From a virus, in IMG/VR virus record IMGVR_UViG_3300045988_118866, positions 10,950 through 74,949 of that record: a DNA stretch of 64,000 bases. One strand, 5' to 3'. The translations under genes and the position numbers were made by a program. Shown in pieces: positions 45,646 through 56,917 of the stretch (positions within the stretch are counted from its first letter, which is position 1; each line of letters begins with the position of its first letter). A model generated the notes under the pieces. It did no database searches. It saw nothing but the letters and a program-made list of their open reading frames with translations, and was not told the origin of the DNA.

Positions 45646-47031
45646 ATGCCCGCTATTATTTCATTTATCCTTCCGGCAATTCCCGTAGTTCTTATTGCGC
45701 TACTGGTAATTTTCATTTTCCTCAATGGTTATGTAAAGGCTCCGCCTGATATGGCTTATATCATCAGTGGTGTCCATAAGAAACCTCGAATTCTTGTTGG
45801 TAAAGCTGGCTTGAAGATTCCTTTCTTCGAACGTTTGGATAAGCTTGCTCTCGGAGCTATTCAAATTGATGTAAAGACTGGATCTGCGGTTCCTACTGCC
45901 GAATACATTAACGTTCGTGTTGATTCTACAGTTTCCGTTCGTGTGGGTAGAGATCCGGAAATGATTGCGCTCGCCGCTCAGAACTTCCTTAACGTAGGCC
46001 GTGATGAAATTTCTCGTAAGATTAACGACCTTCTTGAGGGTAATATTCGTGAGATCGTCGGTCAGATGAAGTTGACCGATATGGTTAGCGATCGTAAGCT
46101 GTTTAGCGAGAAAGTTCAAGAGAACGCAGTTCCTGATCTGGCACGTTATGGTCTTGAGCTGATTACCTTTAACGTTCAGAACTTCTCTGATGATAATGAT
46201 GTTATCACTAACCTTGGTATTGATAATGTCGCTCAGATTAGCAAGAACGCGGCGATCGCTAAGTCCAATGCGGAACGTGAGATTGAGGTCGCTCGTGCGG
46301 AAAATGCTAAGCAGTCTAATGACGCTAAAGTTAAGGCCGCTGAGGAAATCGCAATCCGCAATAACGATCTTGCTATCAAGCAGGCTCAGTTGAAGCAGGA
46401 AGCTGATACTAAGAAAGCTCAGGCAGAGGCAGCCGCTGGTATTGAGTCTGAAAATCAGCGTAAACTCAAGGATGTTGCCGCAACTAATGCGAATATTGCA
46501 AAGGCTGAGCGTGAAGCTGAACTGAAGCAGAAAGAAATCGAGCTTAAGGAATACGAACTGACTGCATTGGTTCGTAAGCAGGCTGATGCTGATAAGTATG
46601 CTGCGGAAAAGGCGGCTGAAGCAGACCTGATTCGTCGTCAGAAAGATGCTGAAGCTAAGGCTTATGAGATCGAGCAGGAAGCAAAAGCTATGCGTGCTCG
46701 TGCTGAAGCAGAAAAGTTCGCAGCCGAACAGAAAGCTGCTGGTATTGCGGCCGTTGGTGAAGCCGAAGCCACAGCAATCGACAAGAAAGCAGAAGCACAG
46801 AAGAAGATGGGTGAAGCTTCTATCATTGAAATGTATTTCAATGCAATGCCTCAAATCGTGGCAAACGCGGCAGCCCCTCTTACTAATGTGGATAAAATCG
46901 TCCAGTATGGCGATGGAAACTCTGCTCGTCTTGTAAAGGATGTTATGGGTTCCGCAAACCAGGTCATTGAAGCAATGTCTGAAAATGGCATTGACATCAA
47001 AGAGATGCTTACAAAGGCATTGAATAAGTAA
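45646..47031 (+). CDS. flotillin/SPFH (band-7) family protein with N-terminal TM helix and long coiled coil
   Basis: RBS AAGGAGAA. SPFH core then A/E/K-rich flotillin-type repeats. Codon usage suggests high expression. Confidence 0.75.
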   Translation: MPAIISFILPAIPVVLIALLVIFIFLNGYVKAPPDMAYIISGVHKKPRILVGKAGLKIPFFERLDKLALGAIQIDVKTGSAVPTAEYINVRVDSTVSVRVGRDPEMIALAAQNFLNVGRDEISRKINDLLEGNIREIVGQMKLTDMVSDRKLFSEKVQENAVPDLARYGLELITFNVQNFSDDNDVITNLGIDNVAQISKNAAIAKSNAEREIEVARAENAKQSNDAKVKAAEEIAIRNNDLAIKQAQLKQEADTKKAQAEAAAGIESENQRKLKDVAATNANIAKAEREAELKQKEIELKEYELTALVRKQADADKYAAEKAAEADLIRRQKDAEAKAYEIEQEAKAMRARAEAEKFAAEQKAAGIAAVGEAEATAIDKKAEAQKKMGEASIIEMYFNAMPQIVANAAAPLTNVDKIVQYGDGNSARLVKDVMGSANQVIEAMSENGIDIKEMLTKALNK

Positions 47032-47035
47032 TTTA

Positions 47036-47075
47036 AATAGACACTATGATTTATTTCATAGTGTCTATTTTTTTA
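47036..47075 (+). terminator. rho-independent terminator after flotillin gene
   Basis: aatagacactatgatttatttcatagtgtctattttttt. Confidence 0.7.
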
Positions 47076-47205
47076 TCCCTGATTAACGCGATCGGCCGTA
47101 GTTCCAATCACTCACACCCATAGAAATTTTTTCAGCAAAATCCTTAAAAGGCCACTTTCCATTAAAAATAAGCCCAATATTTATAAATAAATTAGGTAAA
47201 TAAAA

Positions 47206-47240
47206 TTTGCGAAATTGAAAAAATTTTGCTATAATTTATA
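47206..47240 (+). promoter_or_regulatory. promoter-like TTGCGA-N18-TATAAT upstream of 47261
   Basis: ttgcgaaattgaaaaaattttgctataat. Confidence 0.35.
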
Positions 47241-47260
47241 TTAAAGAAAGGATGAATAAA

Positions 47261-47713
47261 ATGTCTCTATCCGAAAAAGATGTTTTACTTTTAAAAATTA
47301 AAGTTTCTAAAGAATTAGAAGATGGTACTTTATTCGACGATAACGAATTAATTTCATAGTTAAATGAAATTTCTGATCTAGAGAATCAAGAAACTATTGC
47401 TATAATTTTTTATAATATTCAAAATTTTGAAATTCTTAGAAATTTAGAATAGATTAATAAATTATAGGATTTTATTAACAAAATTGATTATTTAAAAAAT
47501 AATATTCAAGTTTCAACAGCTATTGATTATCTATTCTTAGAAATAAAATTAGATTCAGATACAAAAGAGAATAATATAGAATTCTTTAAAAATTACAAAA
47601 TAAAAGAAAATAATTCTTTAAGATATTATTCTTTATTAAGCAGTATATTTATTAAATATCAATTATTTAATAAATTAGATGAATTGGAAAATATTATAAA
47701 AAATTTAACATAA
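47261..47713 (+). CDS. hypothetical protein (150 aa, 4 in-frame TAG)
   Basis: ATG 47261 after a promoter-like box. Open to TAA 47711-47713 only with TAG read-through. Confidence 0.45.
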
Positions 47714-47727
47714 GGAGGACATAATGT

Positions 47728-48432
47728 ATGGCTAATTGTTCTACAACTGGATGTGTTGGATCTTGTTTTGTAAGTTGTAGTAATGGATGCGACCATGGAT
47801 GTGGTGGAAATTGTTCTCTATGTGAAACTTGTGGAACAAGTGTTTGTCAAGGAAGTTGCAGAGGAGACTGTGATGGAAGTTGCTCTGGCTGTGGCGGAGC
47901 CTGTAGTAATAGCTGTTCGGGCGATTGTGAAGGAAAATGCTCTGGATGTGGCGGCTCCTGTAGCACTGACTGTACTGGCAGCTGTTCCGGTCAATGCTCT
48001 GGATGTAGTGCTGCCTGTCGTACTGACTGTACTGGCAGCTGTTCCGGTCAATGCTCTGGATGTAGTGCTAGTTGTAGAAATGATTGTTCTGCTTGTACCG
48101 GCAATTGTTCTGGAGCTTGCGATAATGGTTGTTCTACTTCAGCAAATGTAAATCTTTATAATTCTATTAGTTTAAGAATTGTTTTATATGCTGTTGATGT
48201 TGCTAATATTTATACTATGTTAAACAAAGAATTATCTAGACGTGGTTATAGTACTCTATCTACAAACGTTTCTTCCAATAGCAAAGTTAATACAACTTTA
48301 AAAAATGAAATATTTACAAACATTTCTAAAATGCAATCCACTTCTTATAGTGGAGATACTTGTAAAAAATCCGAAATGCAAAAAGCAATCACTGCTTTAA
48401 AAACTTTATATTCTAAAATTTTAAAAAGTTAA
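47728..48432 (+). CDS. extremely Cys-rich repeat protein (about 45 Cys in first 140 aa; candidate radical-SAM substrate)
   Basis: RBS AAGGAGGACATAATGT. CSGxC and CTGxC repeats. Contains a 57-bp tandem duplication. Confidence 0.65.
   Translation: MANCSTTGCVGSCFVSCSNGCDHGCGGNCSLCETCGTSVCQGSCRGDCDGSCSGCGGACSNSCSGDCEGKCSGCGGSCSTDCTGSCSGQCSGCSAACRTDCTGSCSGQCSGCSASCRNDCSACTGNCSGACDNGCSTSANVNLYNSISLRIVLYAVDVANIYTMLNKELSRRGYSTLSTNVSSNSKVNTTLKNEIFTNISKMQSTSYSGDTCKKSEMQKAITALKTLYSKILKS
47965..48078 (+). repeat. 57-bp direct tandem duplication inside Cys-rich gene
   Basis: actgactgtactggcagctgttccggtcaatgctctggatgtagtgct appears twice, differing only in the last 9 nt. Confidence 0.8.
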
Positions 48433-48458
48433 TTTATAAAGATAAAAAGGAGAAAAAT

Positions 48459-48767
48459 ATGAAAACAATTACAGTAAATGCTAATAATACAGATTTAAAT
48501 AATAAATTAGAACGAGCTTATCAAGATCTTCTCGCTCGTCAAAGTATTATTACATATATGATGAATAGTACTGCTTTTAATAATATAGAAAGTGAAAATT
48601 ATAAAAAATATCATCAAGAATATGTTGAAAAATTTATTGAATATGATAAAATAAGAAATAAAGTTGGAAAATATTACGATTTAGAAAAATATGGTAATAA
48701 TGCTTATTGGAGTATTGATTTTTCTACAAAAACTATTACAGTAACAATTAATGATGATGCTCAATGA
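48459..48767 (+). CDS. hypothetical protein (102 aa) between precursor and maturase
   Basis: RBS AAAGGAG. Its stop overlaps the start of the next gene (ATGA). Confidence 0.5.
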   Translation: MKTITVNANNTDLNNKLERAYQDLLARQSIITYMMNSTAFNNIESENYKKYHQEYVEKFIEYDKIRNKVGKYYDLEKYGNNAYWSIDFSTKTITVTINDDAQ

Positions 48768-50056
48768 GACGTAAATTTGAATAGTATAGTGATACAATTC
48801 AAAGACTATATCCAGAATTATGGAAAAAAGAAAATGACAAAATTTTTGATATAACTTTACAAGTTACTGATTCATGTAATTTGAGATGCAGTTATTGTTA
48901 TCAAACTTGTAAAAAAAATCATTTAATGGATTTTGAAACAGCTAAAAAATATATTGATATGCTAATAGTAAATCCTTAGAAAAATGATTATTTTGACCCA
49001 GATAATATCATAGGATTAGTTTTTGATTTTATTGGCGGAGAACCCTTTTTAAATATAGATTTAATAGATAAAATAATGGATTATACTATTTCTAAATTAA
49101 TTGAAATGAATAGCTCGTTAATTTATTTTACAAGATTTTTAATTTGCACTAATGGAACATTATATTTTGATCCAAAAGTACAAAAATTTTTGGATAAATA
49201 TAAACAATGGTTGTCTGTTTCTATTAGTATTGATGGAAATAAAGAATTACACGATGCTTGTAGAAAATTTCCTGATGGCTCTGGTAGTTATGATATTGTA
49301 GTAAAAGCGATAAAAGACTGGCAAGAAAAAACTGGAGAATACCCTTGCTCAAAAATTACCTTATCTCCTAATAATGTTATGTATTTAAATGACGCGGTAA
49401 AAGCTCTTTTAGACATAGGATTTACTTCTATATTAGGCAATGTAATTTTTGAAAAAGGTTGGACTTTAGAGCACGCTAAAATTTATTATAAGCAATTACA
49501 AGAATTAGGACAATACCTCCTTGATAATAATTTAGAAGAGGATATATATATTTCATTTTTTGAATATCCCGATTCAAAATTATTTAGACCAAAAGATTGG
49601 ACTAATAAAGATGAATTATAGAACTGGTGTGGCGGAAATGGGGCTATGATTGCTATGAATTATACAGGTAATTTATATCCTTGTTTACGCTATATGGAAG
49701 ATGCTTTAGGCGATTCTGTCCCTCCTCTTATTGTAGGAAATGTAAATAAAAATGAAATAGCGACAACAGAAGAACAAAAACAATTAACAAAAGAATTGAA
49801 AGCAATTAATTCTTATAACCAATCTTCTGATGAATGTCGTGAATGTCCTATCGCTACTGGCTGTGCTTGGTGTCAAGCATATAATTATCAAGAAACTGGC
49901 GTTCTTAACAAAAGAGTTACTTATATTTGTCCTATGCATAAAGCTCGTGCTCTTGCTAATATTGAATTTTGGAATAAATATTATAAAAAACATAATATAG
50001 ATGAAGAATTTCCAAATAATATGAAGCAAGAATGGATAGATGAATTATTAAATTAA
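48764..50056 (+). CDS. radical SAM / SPASM-domain maturase (anSME-like), 3 in-frame TAG
   Basis: One frame joins the 49076 and 49646 track ORFs. Motifs CNLRCSYC (CX3CX2C), GGEPF, and SPASM cysteines CRECPIATGCAWC...YICPMH. Confidence 0.7.
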
Positions 50057-50059
50057 AAT

Positions 50060-50098
50060 AAAGGCGAAAGTATTATACTTTCGCCTTTATTTTTTTTT
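50060..50098 (+). terminator. rho-independent terminator after radical SAM gene
   Basis: aaaggcgaaagtattatactttcgcctttatttttttt. Confidence 0.7.
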
Positions 50099-50160
50099 GC
50101 TTTTTAATAATTTTTATGTTAATATATTTATAGAAATAGATAGAAAGGAGTTCTACCACT

Positions 50161-50598
50161 TTGAAAAAAGAACCTTTATTTAGTTATAATCCTGAATCAG
50201 GCGAAGCTTCTTGTTTAATTGAGGACAAAGATGGTAATATTATTTATGGTATTGCTAAATGCCACCCTGACGATATGGATATGGCAAATGAAAAAACTGG
50301 ATGTAATTTTGCTTATAAACGAGCTTATATTAAAGTTTTACAAGCATATAAAAAAGAATTAAAAATTCAACTTGGAGCTTTAAATCAATTATATTATTCA
50401 ATAAATAGAAGCAAATATTTTAATCCTAAATCTTATGAAAATAAAATGCTTCAACGACAAATTCGCCAAAAACAAGAAGATATTAGTTATGTAAATGACT
50501 CTATTAAAAATGCTAAAGACGAATTAAATTATATCATAAAAGAAAAAGATAAATTTTACCAGAGTATTCGTAAACATCGTAATGAGGCCAAGAATTAA
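50161..50598 (+). CDS. hypothetical protein (TTG start), paralog of 26204 gene
   Basis: RBS GAAAGGAG 9 nt upstream of TTG. Confidence 0.45.
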   Translation: MKKEPLFSYNPESGEASCLIEDKDGNIIYGIAKCHPDDMDMANEKTGCNFAYKRAYIKVLQAYKKELKIQLGALNQLYYSINRSKYFNPKSYENKMLQRQIRQKQEDISYVNDSIKNAKDELNYIIKEKDKFYQSIRKHRNEAKN

Positions 50599-50890
50599 AA
50601 ATAAAAATATATAAATTTTTATAGATGTTAAGAGGTAAAAATCTTCAAATCCCTAATGAAAGGGTGAATATTTATTTTAACATTTATATTCGGAATAATA
50701 TTTATCGCATTTTTATACCCAATAGGAGATAGTTTAGTTAGTTTATTGACAACTTTTCTCGAATTGGTAAAGGGAAAATTAACTCTAAAAATAGCAGAGT
50801 ATAATTCCCAAATCGAAAAATTAGCAACTGACACAAAAACTTTGGTTCACGCGGTCGGATTTGCTATACCAAACATAGAAGAGGAAGAAG

Positions 50891-52153
50891 ATGATGAGTA
50901 CGAAGATGTATAAATTTTATGATACTTGTAGTTTACTGATGGCAGTTGATACATTTCTCCAAGAGAAAGAATATATACCTGTTATATCTTCTATTACTTT
51001 AAAAGAATTAGAAAATATAAAAACATCATCAAATAAAGATGCTGATGTTAAATATTCAGCTCGTAAAGTATTACATAAATTAAATGAAAACCCTGATAAT
51101 TATATTATCCAACTATTTAAATTAGACGGATTAAAAATAATTGAAGATTCTAACCTTCCAATTACTGACGATAGTAAAATTTTATCTACCGCAATTGAAT
51201 TTAAATTAGCTCATCCAAATACTATATTTATTACTAATGATTTATCATTAAAAGCAATGGCAAATCTTTTCTTCGATAAAAACCATATTCAAAGCATAGA
51301 TGAAGAATTAATTGATGAATATAAAGGATATGTGGAAATCACAATGTCCGACGCGGAAATGGCTGATTTCTATTCTAACCAATATGAAAATGTTTATAAT
51401 TTACATATTAATGAATATTTAATTATAAAAGATAAAGATAATAGTATCGTTGATAAAGTATGTTATACAGGTGATGGATATCGACCCATATCATTTGGTA
51501 ATTTTGATTCTACTCAATTCGGAAAAGTAAAACCAATAAAAGATGACCCATATCAGGCTTTATTTGCCGATAGTCTTATTAACAATACTATTACTATGGT
51601 TCGTGGCCCCGCAGGATCAGGTAAAACTTATTTAAGCTTAGCTTTTTTAATGAATCAATTTGAGCGCGGGCGCATTGATAAAATTATTGTATTTTGTAAT
51701 ACGATTGCCACTAAAAATTCTGCGAAACTAGGTTTTTATCCTGGCACTCGTGATGAAAAATTACTTGATAGCCAAATCGGTAATCTTTTAATTAGTAAAT
51801 TTGGCGGTCGTTTAGCTGTTGAGCGCATGATTGAAAACGAGCAATTAGTTCTTTTACCATTAAGTGATATTCGTGGTTATGATACTACTGGAATGAAAGC
51901 AGGTATTTATATTTCTGAAGCACAAAATATGGATATTTCACTTATGAAATTGACTTTACAACGTATCGGTGAAGATGGTATTTGTATCATTGATGGCGAT
52001 GATAAAACTCAAGTTGATGATATTGCATTCGCAGGAGCTAATAACGGTATGCGTCGTGCTTCTAAAGTATTTAGAGGATCAGATGTATATGGCGAAATTG
52101 AATTAAAACAAATTCATCGTTCTAAAATTGCGGCATTAGCTGAACATATGTAA
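50891..52153 (+). CDS. PIN-domain + PhoH-like ATPase (YlaK family)
   Basis: Walker A MVRGPAGSGKT. N-terminal PIN-like domain. Confidence 0.75.
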   Translation: MMSTKMYKFYDTCSLLMAVDTFLQEKEYIPVISSITLKELENIKTSSNKDADVKYSARKVLHKLNENPDNYIIQLFKLDGLKIIEDSNLPITDDSKILSTAIEFKLAHPNTIFITNDLSLKAMANLFFDKNHIQSIDEELIDEYKGYVEITMSDAEMADFYSNQYENVYNLHINEYLIIKDKDNSIVDKVCYTGDGYRPISFGNFDSTQFGKVKPIKDDPYQALFADSLINNTITMVRGPAGSGKTYLSLAFLMNQFERGRIDKIIVFCNTIATKNSAKLGFYPGTRDEKLLDSQIGNLLISKFGGRLAVERMIENEQLVLLPLSDIRGYDTTGMKAGIYISEAQNMDISLMKLTLQRIGEDGICIIDGDDKTQVDDIAFAGANNGMRRASKVFRGSDVYGEIELKQIHRSKIAALAEHM

Positions 52154-52216
52154 TTATAAGAAAGAGAAGATTTACTTCTTCTCTTTCTTTTTTATTTTTA
52201 TAGAAAGGAGGATAAT

Positions 52217-53518
52217 ATGACTAACATTGAAATAACTTGGAATTATTTGTATAAACGAATAAAAAACCCTTATGGAACGGCCGGGCTAATGGGAAACTTA
52301 AAAGCTGAATCAAATTTTAATCCAAAAAATCTTCAAAATAGTTTTGAAAAGACACTTGGATTAAATGATGAATAGTATACAAAACAAGTAGATAATGGTA
52401 AATATACTAATTTCATTTATGATAAAGCTGGGTATGGTTTAGCTCAATGGACCTATTGGAGTCTTAAAAAACAATTATATGATTTTACAAAAAAGAAAAA
52501 TACTTCAATAGGAAACTTAAATACACAACTTGAATTTTTAATTTATCAACTTTCTACATATTATCCTACCGTTTGGAATACTTTAATAAATTGTAAAGAT
52601 ATATAGACTGCTTCAAATATAGTTTTAACATAGTTTGAACGACCAAAAGATTAGAGTTTAAAAATCCAATAGTAGAGATTATATTATGGAGTTGAAATAT
52701 ATGATCAATTTATAGGAAAAGGTGAAGATATGAAAATTGTAGATAATTTAACAACATCTAATTATCAAAAAGGTAATAATAGAAAAATAAAATATATTGT
52801 AATACATTATTTTGGTTCTTTGGGGACGGCAAAAAATATTAGTAATTATTTCAAAAACCCTGTCGCTAAATCATCAGCTCATTATTGTGTTGATGAAAAA
52901 GATATTATTTATCGTAGTGTTAAAGATGAAGATATTGCTTGGCATTGTGGCACAAGAAAAGGGTATAAACATCCTGAATGTAGAAATGCTAATTCTATCG
53001 GAATTGAAGTAAGACCCTGTAAAATAAATAAATCTAATATTGTAGCCAGTGATACTGATTGGTATTTTGATCCAAGAGCGTTAGAAAATACAATACAATT
53101 AGTAAAACAATTAATGTAGAAATATAATATACCTGCGGACCACGTTATTCGCCACTATGATGTAACTGGTAAATTATGTCCTCGTCCATTATGTGGAACT
53201 GACATGAATAGTTATTATAGAACAAGTGGCGATTACCAATGGTAGTTATTTAAACAAAAAATTGGTGATAATATAAATATTAATGAGGAGGATGAAGATA
53301 TGACTCAAGATAAATTTAATGAAATGATGGAAGTTTATTTAAATCAACAAGCCGAAAAAAATGCAAGTTCTTGGTCTGATACGGAAAGAACTTGGGCTGA
53401 AAGTAAAGGATATATTAAAGGCGATAATTTAAATCGTAAAATGTATAAAAAATTTATGACTCGTGAAGAAATGATTGTAGTTCTTTATAGAATTATGAAA
53501 GATAAAGGGTTGGTGTAA
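52217..53518 (+). CDS. endolysin: phage lysozyme-like domain + N-acetylmuramoyl-L-alanine amidase (Amidase_2/PGRP) domain; 8 in-frame TAG
   Basis: RBS GAAAGGAGG. GTAGLMGNLKAESNF...YGLAQWTYW, then KYIVIHY...SAHYCVDE...DIAWHCG. It joins the 52730 and 53300 track ORFs. The last 72 codons (53300-53518) have their own RBS and could be a separate gene if TAG 53242 terminates. Confidence 0.6.
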
Positions 53519-53519
53519 T

Positions 53520-53915
53520 ATGAAACAAAAAAGAGAATTTTCTAAAACTCTGTTAATTCAAGAATCTGCTTTAATTTGGATTTCAACATTAGCATATGTT
53601 GTTTTAGCATTTTATTGTATTTATAATGGATATATGGGTTCTTTGCCTTGGCTTACCGCAAGCGCAAGTCTTCCTTGGGCGGCATATGGCGTGAGCCAAG
53701 TATACTATTATAAAAAATCAATGGCTGAAAATACTAAAGATGGCGTTAAATATGCTTCAGTTATGAAAGAGCTTGATGAAGCTTATAATAATTATAAAGA
53801 AGAATTAAATAATACACCAACAGTAGATAATACTGAAACTACTTCTATGAGTTATTATACTGAAGACGATTATAGCGATAATAGTGATCCTATAAATACT
53901 GATTATGGTATTTAA
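53520..53915 (+). CDS. holin-like membrane protein
   Basis: Two TM helices directly after the endolysin. A terminator follows. Confidence 0.55.
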   Translation: MKQKREFSKTLLIQESALIWISTLAYVVLAFYCIYNGYMGSLPWLTASASLPWAAYGVSQVYYYKKSMAENTKDGVKYASVMKELDEAYNNYKEELNNTPTVDNTETTSMSYYTEDDYSDNSDPINTDYGI

Positions 53916-53921
53916 TATAAA

Positions 53922-53960
53922 ATTGGATAGTATATAAAATATACTATCCAATTTTTTTAT
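53922..53960 (+). terminator. rho-independent terminator after holin
   Basis: aaattggatagtatataaaatatactatccaattttttt. Confidence 0.7.
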
Positions 53961-54054
53961 TTATATCTCTGGGCGCTTCTCTTAAATATAATATACAAAA
54001 AATTTTTTATCTCTGTCAAATTTTATTTAAATCGGCATTTTAAGCCACGATTTT

Positions 54055-54090
54055 TTGACTTTCCAAAATATTTTTGTTATAATATATTTA
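54055..54090 (+). promoter_or_regulatory. promoter TTGACT-N17-TATAAT (topoisomerase operon)
   Basis: ttgactttccaaaatatttttgttataat. Confidence 0.5.
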
Positions 54091-54124
54091 TAAAATAAAG
54101 AAATATGTTATTGGAGAAAAAAAT

Positions 54125-54736
54125 ATGAGTAATTATATTAATCATTTAAATACTGTTTTAACACATAAAAAATATGTATTTAAATATTGTAAAATGGCTG
54201 GTATCCCTTGGCGCGGTATTAAGCATGATTTATCCAAGTTTACTCCTATTGAATTCATTGAATCCGCTCACTATTGGACCGGTAATCGTTCTCCAATTGA
54301 TAATTGTAAAGATGTTAATGGATTTAGTAAAGCATGGCAACATCATAAAGGCCACAACACTCATCATTGGGAGTATTGGATTGATGATATTAAAGATGGT
54401 GGAGTAGGCCATCCAAAAGCACTATTAATGCCCTATGAAGATACCGTTGAACTTCTTTGTGATTATTTGGGTGCGGGAGCCGCCTATATGAAAGATAAAT
54501 TCAATGCAGAAAGTGAATTAAATTGGTGGCTTAAAAAGCGTGAAGAGGTCTTAATGCATCCAGCTGTTAAGTCTTTTGTTAATGTAATTTTTCTTAGATG
54601 GAAAAATGGAACTCCTATTGAAGAATTACTTAATAAAAAATATTTAAAAAAGTTATATAATGATTTAGTTTATGATTATAAATTAAATCAAATTATTCCT
54701 AAAGTTAAGGAGGAATCTAATGACAACGACAATTAA
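54125..54736 (+). CDS. hypothetical His-rich protein (203 aa)
   Basis: Promoter 54055-54090. Motif HHKGHNTHHWEYW. Confidence 0.5.
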   Translation: MSNYINHLNTVLTHKKYVFKYCKMAGIPWRGIKHDLSKFTPIEFIESAHYWTGNRSPIDNCKDVNGFSKAWQHHKGHNTHHWEYWIDDIKDGGVGHPKALLMPYEDTVELLCDYLGAGAAYMKDKFNAESELNWWLKKREEVLMHPAVKSFVNVIFLRWKNGTPIEELLNKKYLKKLYNDLVYDYKLNQIIPKVKEESNDNDN

Positions 54737-56504
54737 TTTAGATTCTTATGGAGTAAAAGATATTAAAACTCTTGAAGGTATAGAAGCAATTCGTCTTAGA
54801 CCAGGTATGTATATTGGTTCTACTGGGCCTGATGGAGTTAAACATATTACTCTTGAAATTATTTCAAATGCTGTCGATGAATATTTAAATGGTCATTGTA
54901 CTCGTTGCGATATTTCAGTATCTAAAGATGGTTATGTTGAAATCCGCGATAATGGACGTGGTGTTCCTTTTGGAAAAGCCAAAGATGGTAGTGAAACATT
55001 AGTAAATATTTATACTAAACTTCATACCGGTGCAAAATTTGATAGTAATGGAAAAACTGGATATAATACATCTGGTGGTATGAATGGCGTTGGGGCAAAA
55101 GCCACTAATGCTCTTTCTCGTTATTTTCAAGTTGCATCTTTCCGCGATGGTAAACACGCTGTTGCGTCTTTTGAAAAAGGAAAATTAAAAGATTATCAAG
55201 AAGAAAAATGGACTGGCAAAGAAACCGGAACTTGGGTTAAATTTTTGCCAGATGAAAGCATTTTTAAAGAAGGTATTCTTCTTGATTATGATGCTTTAAG
55301 AAAACAAATTCAAGAATTAGCTTATCTTTCTCCTGGTATGGTATTTCATTTTGCTTATCTTGATAAACCAGAAGAAGAGATTACTTCAAGAAATGGTATT
55401 CTTGATTATATTAAAGATTTAAATAACAATAAAACTTCTCTTACTTCAATTTTTTATACTGAAAATATTGAAGATAGAATTGGTGTAAAAATTGCTATGG
55501 AGTATAACGATACTTATAGCGACACTTATAAACTTTATACTAATTCAATTCCTAATAGTGGTGGAACACATCTGACCGGTTTTAGAACAGCACTTACTAC
55601 TTCTATTAATGAATATGCTCGTGATAAAGGCCTTTTAAAAGAGAAAGACGCTAATATCACTGGTGAAGAACTCAAAGAAGGATTAAGTCTTGTTCTTTCA
55701 TTTATTATGCCTGACCCGGTTTTCTCTGGTCAAACCAAAGATGTTTTATCCAGTAGTGAAGCAAGAACTATTGTTCAACGCCTTGTCTCAAAAGATTTAA
55801 AAGTTTGGCTTGACAATAATCCGAAAGATGCTAAAGCTATTGTAGATAAGGCAATGCTGGCGCGCGCTGCTCGTGAAAAGGCGAAAAAGGCCAAAGAAAC
55901 CGTTCGTAAGGTTGATACAAAGAAAAGAACCATTTTACCCGGCACATTAAGCGATGCCAATAGTAAAAATAGAAGTGAATGTGAAATTTTTATTGTTGAG
56001 GGACGTTCCGCGGAAGGTCCTACTAAAGAAGCCCGTAATCGCAATACGCAAGCAGTTTTGCCTGTAAGAGGTAAAATTCTTAATACTTTAAAGACAGATT
56101 TGCATAAAGCATTAGGAAATAAAGAAATTAGTGCGATGATTGATGCTTTTGGTCTTGAGGTTAAAGATGGTAAAGTAATTGTGGACGAATCTAAATTACG
56201 TTATGGTAAGATTATTATCACCGCGGATGCTGATGTTGATGGTAGCCATATTCGTATTCTGTTTCTTACATTTATTTGGAAGTTTGCGCCTGAATTAATT
56301 GAAAAAGGTTATATTTATGCAGCGGTTCCACCTCTTTATAAAGCGACTTGGGGCACGAATATTAAATATCTTAAAGATGACGCTGCTCTTGAAACATTCA
56401 GAAAAACTATGAACCGATCTTTTGAATTAGGACGTATGAAAGGGTACGAGGAAGTCTGGCCCTTACCTACTTTTCCGCTGATCGGCGGGGTCGCGAATTG
56501 GTAA
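54720..56504 (+). CDS. type IIA DNA topoisomerase ATPase/TOPRIM subunit (GyrB/T4 gp39-like)
   Basis: GHKL ATPase motifs and TOPRIM EIFIVEGRSAEG. Confidence 0.8.
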   Translation: MTTTINLDSYGVKDIKTLEGIEAIRLRPGMYIGSTGPDGVKHITLEIISNAVDEYLNGHCTRCDISVSKDGYVEIRDNGRGVPFGKAKDGSETLVNIYTKLHTGAKFDSNGKTGYNTSGGMNGVGAKATNALSRYFQVASFRDGKHAVASFEKGKLKDYQEEKWTGKETGTWVKFLPDESIFKEGILLDYDALRKQIQELAYLSPGMVFHFAYLDKPEEEITSRNGILDYIKDLNNNKTSLTSIFYTENIEDRIGVKIAMEYNDTYSDTYKLYTNSIPNSGGTHLTGFRTALTTSINEYARDKGLLKEKDANITGEELKEGLSLVLSFIMPDPVFSGQTKDVLSSSEARTIVQRLVSKDLKVWLDNNPKDAKAIVDKAMLARAAREKAKKAKETVRKVDTKKRTILPGTLSDANSKNRSECEIFIVEGRSAEGPTKEARNRNTQAVLPVRGKILNTLKTDLHKALGNKEISAMIDAFGLEVKDGKVIVDESKLRYGKIIITADADVDGSHIRILFLTFIWKFAPELIEKGYIYAAVPPLYKATWGTNIKYLKDDAALETFRKTMNRSFELGRMKGYEEVWPLPTFPLIGGVANW

Positions 56505-56704
56505 AATTTTCCAGTTGGCGGCTAACGAGGCAGTCTTAAATGAAAATTTTAAGATAATCTCGTGGGAAAGATTAAATATTTTAATCCAATCCTGTATCGA
56601 CTATCCCCTTTGTCGGGGAGTAGGAAGTATTATTGATACATACTTTCAAAAAGGTAGGCGTGATGATGGCAGTTAATACGTTAGCCGGAGCGAAGAAATA
56701 GTCA

Positions 56705-56917
56705 ATGCCAATAGTAATATTGGAGAAACATGTAGGCGAAATGGATACGCATGAAATGGAATTGGTTATGAATCCAGAAACTCGCACCTTAAAACAAATT
56801 ACAATGGATGATATGAATCTTGTAAATAAAACATTTATGGATTTGATGGGTGAATCAGTCGGCCCTCGTAAATCTTTCATTGAGTTAAACGCAGAAAGGG
56901 CCAATATTGATGTATAA
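56705..56917 (+). CDS. hypothetical protein (70 aa)
   Basis: ORF only. Confidence 0.4.
   Translation: MPIVILEKHVGEMDTHEMELVMNPETRTLKQITMDDMNLVNKTFMDLMGESVGPRKSFIELNAERANIDV

Noticed and set aside
45700-46854. 384-aa ORF on minus strand
   Set aside because: It is antisense to the flotillin gene. The product is low-complexity.
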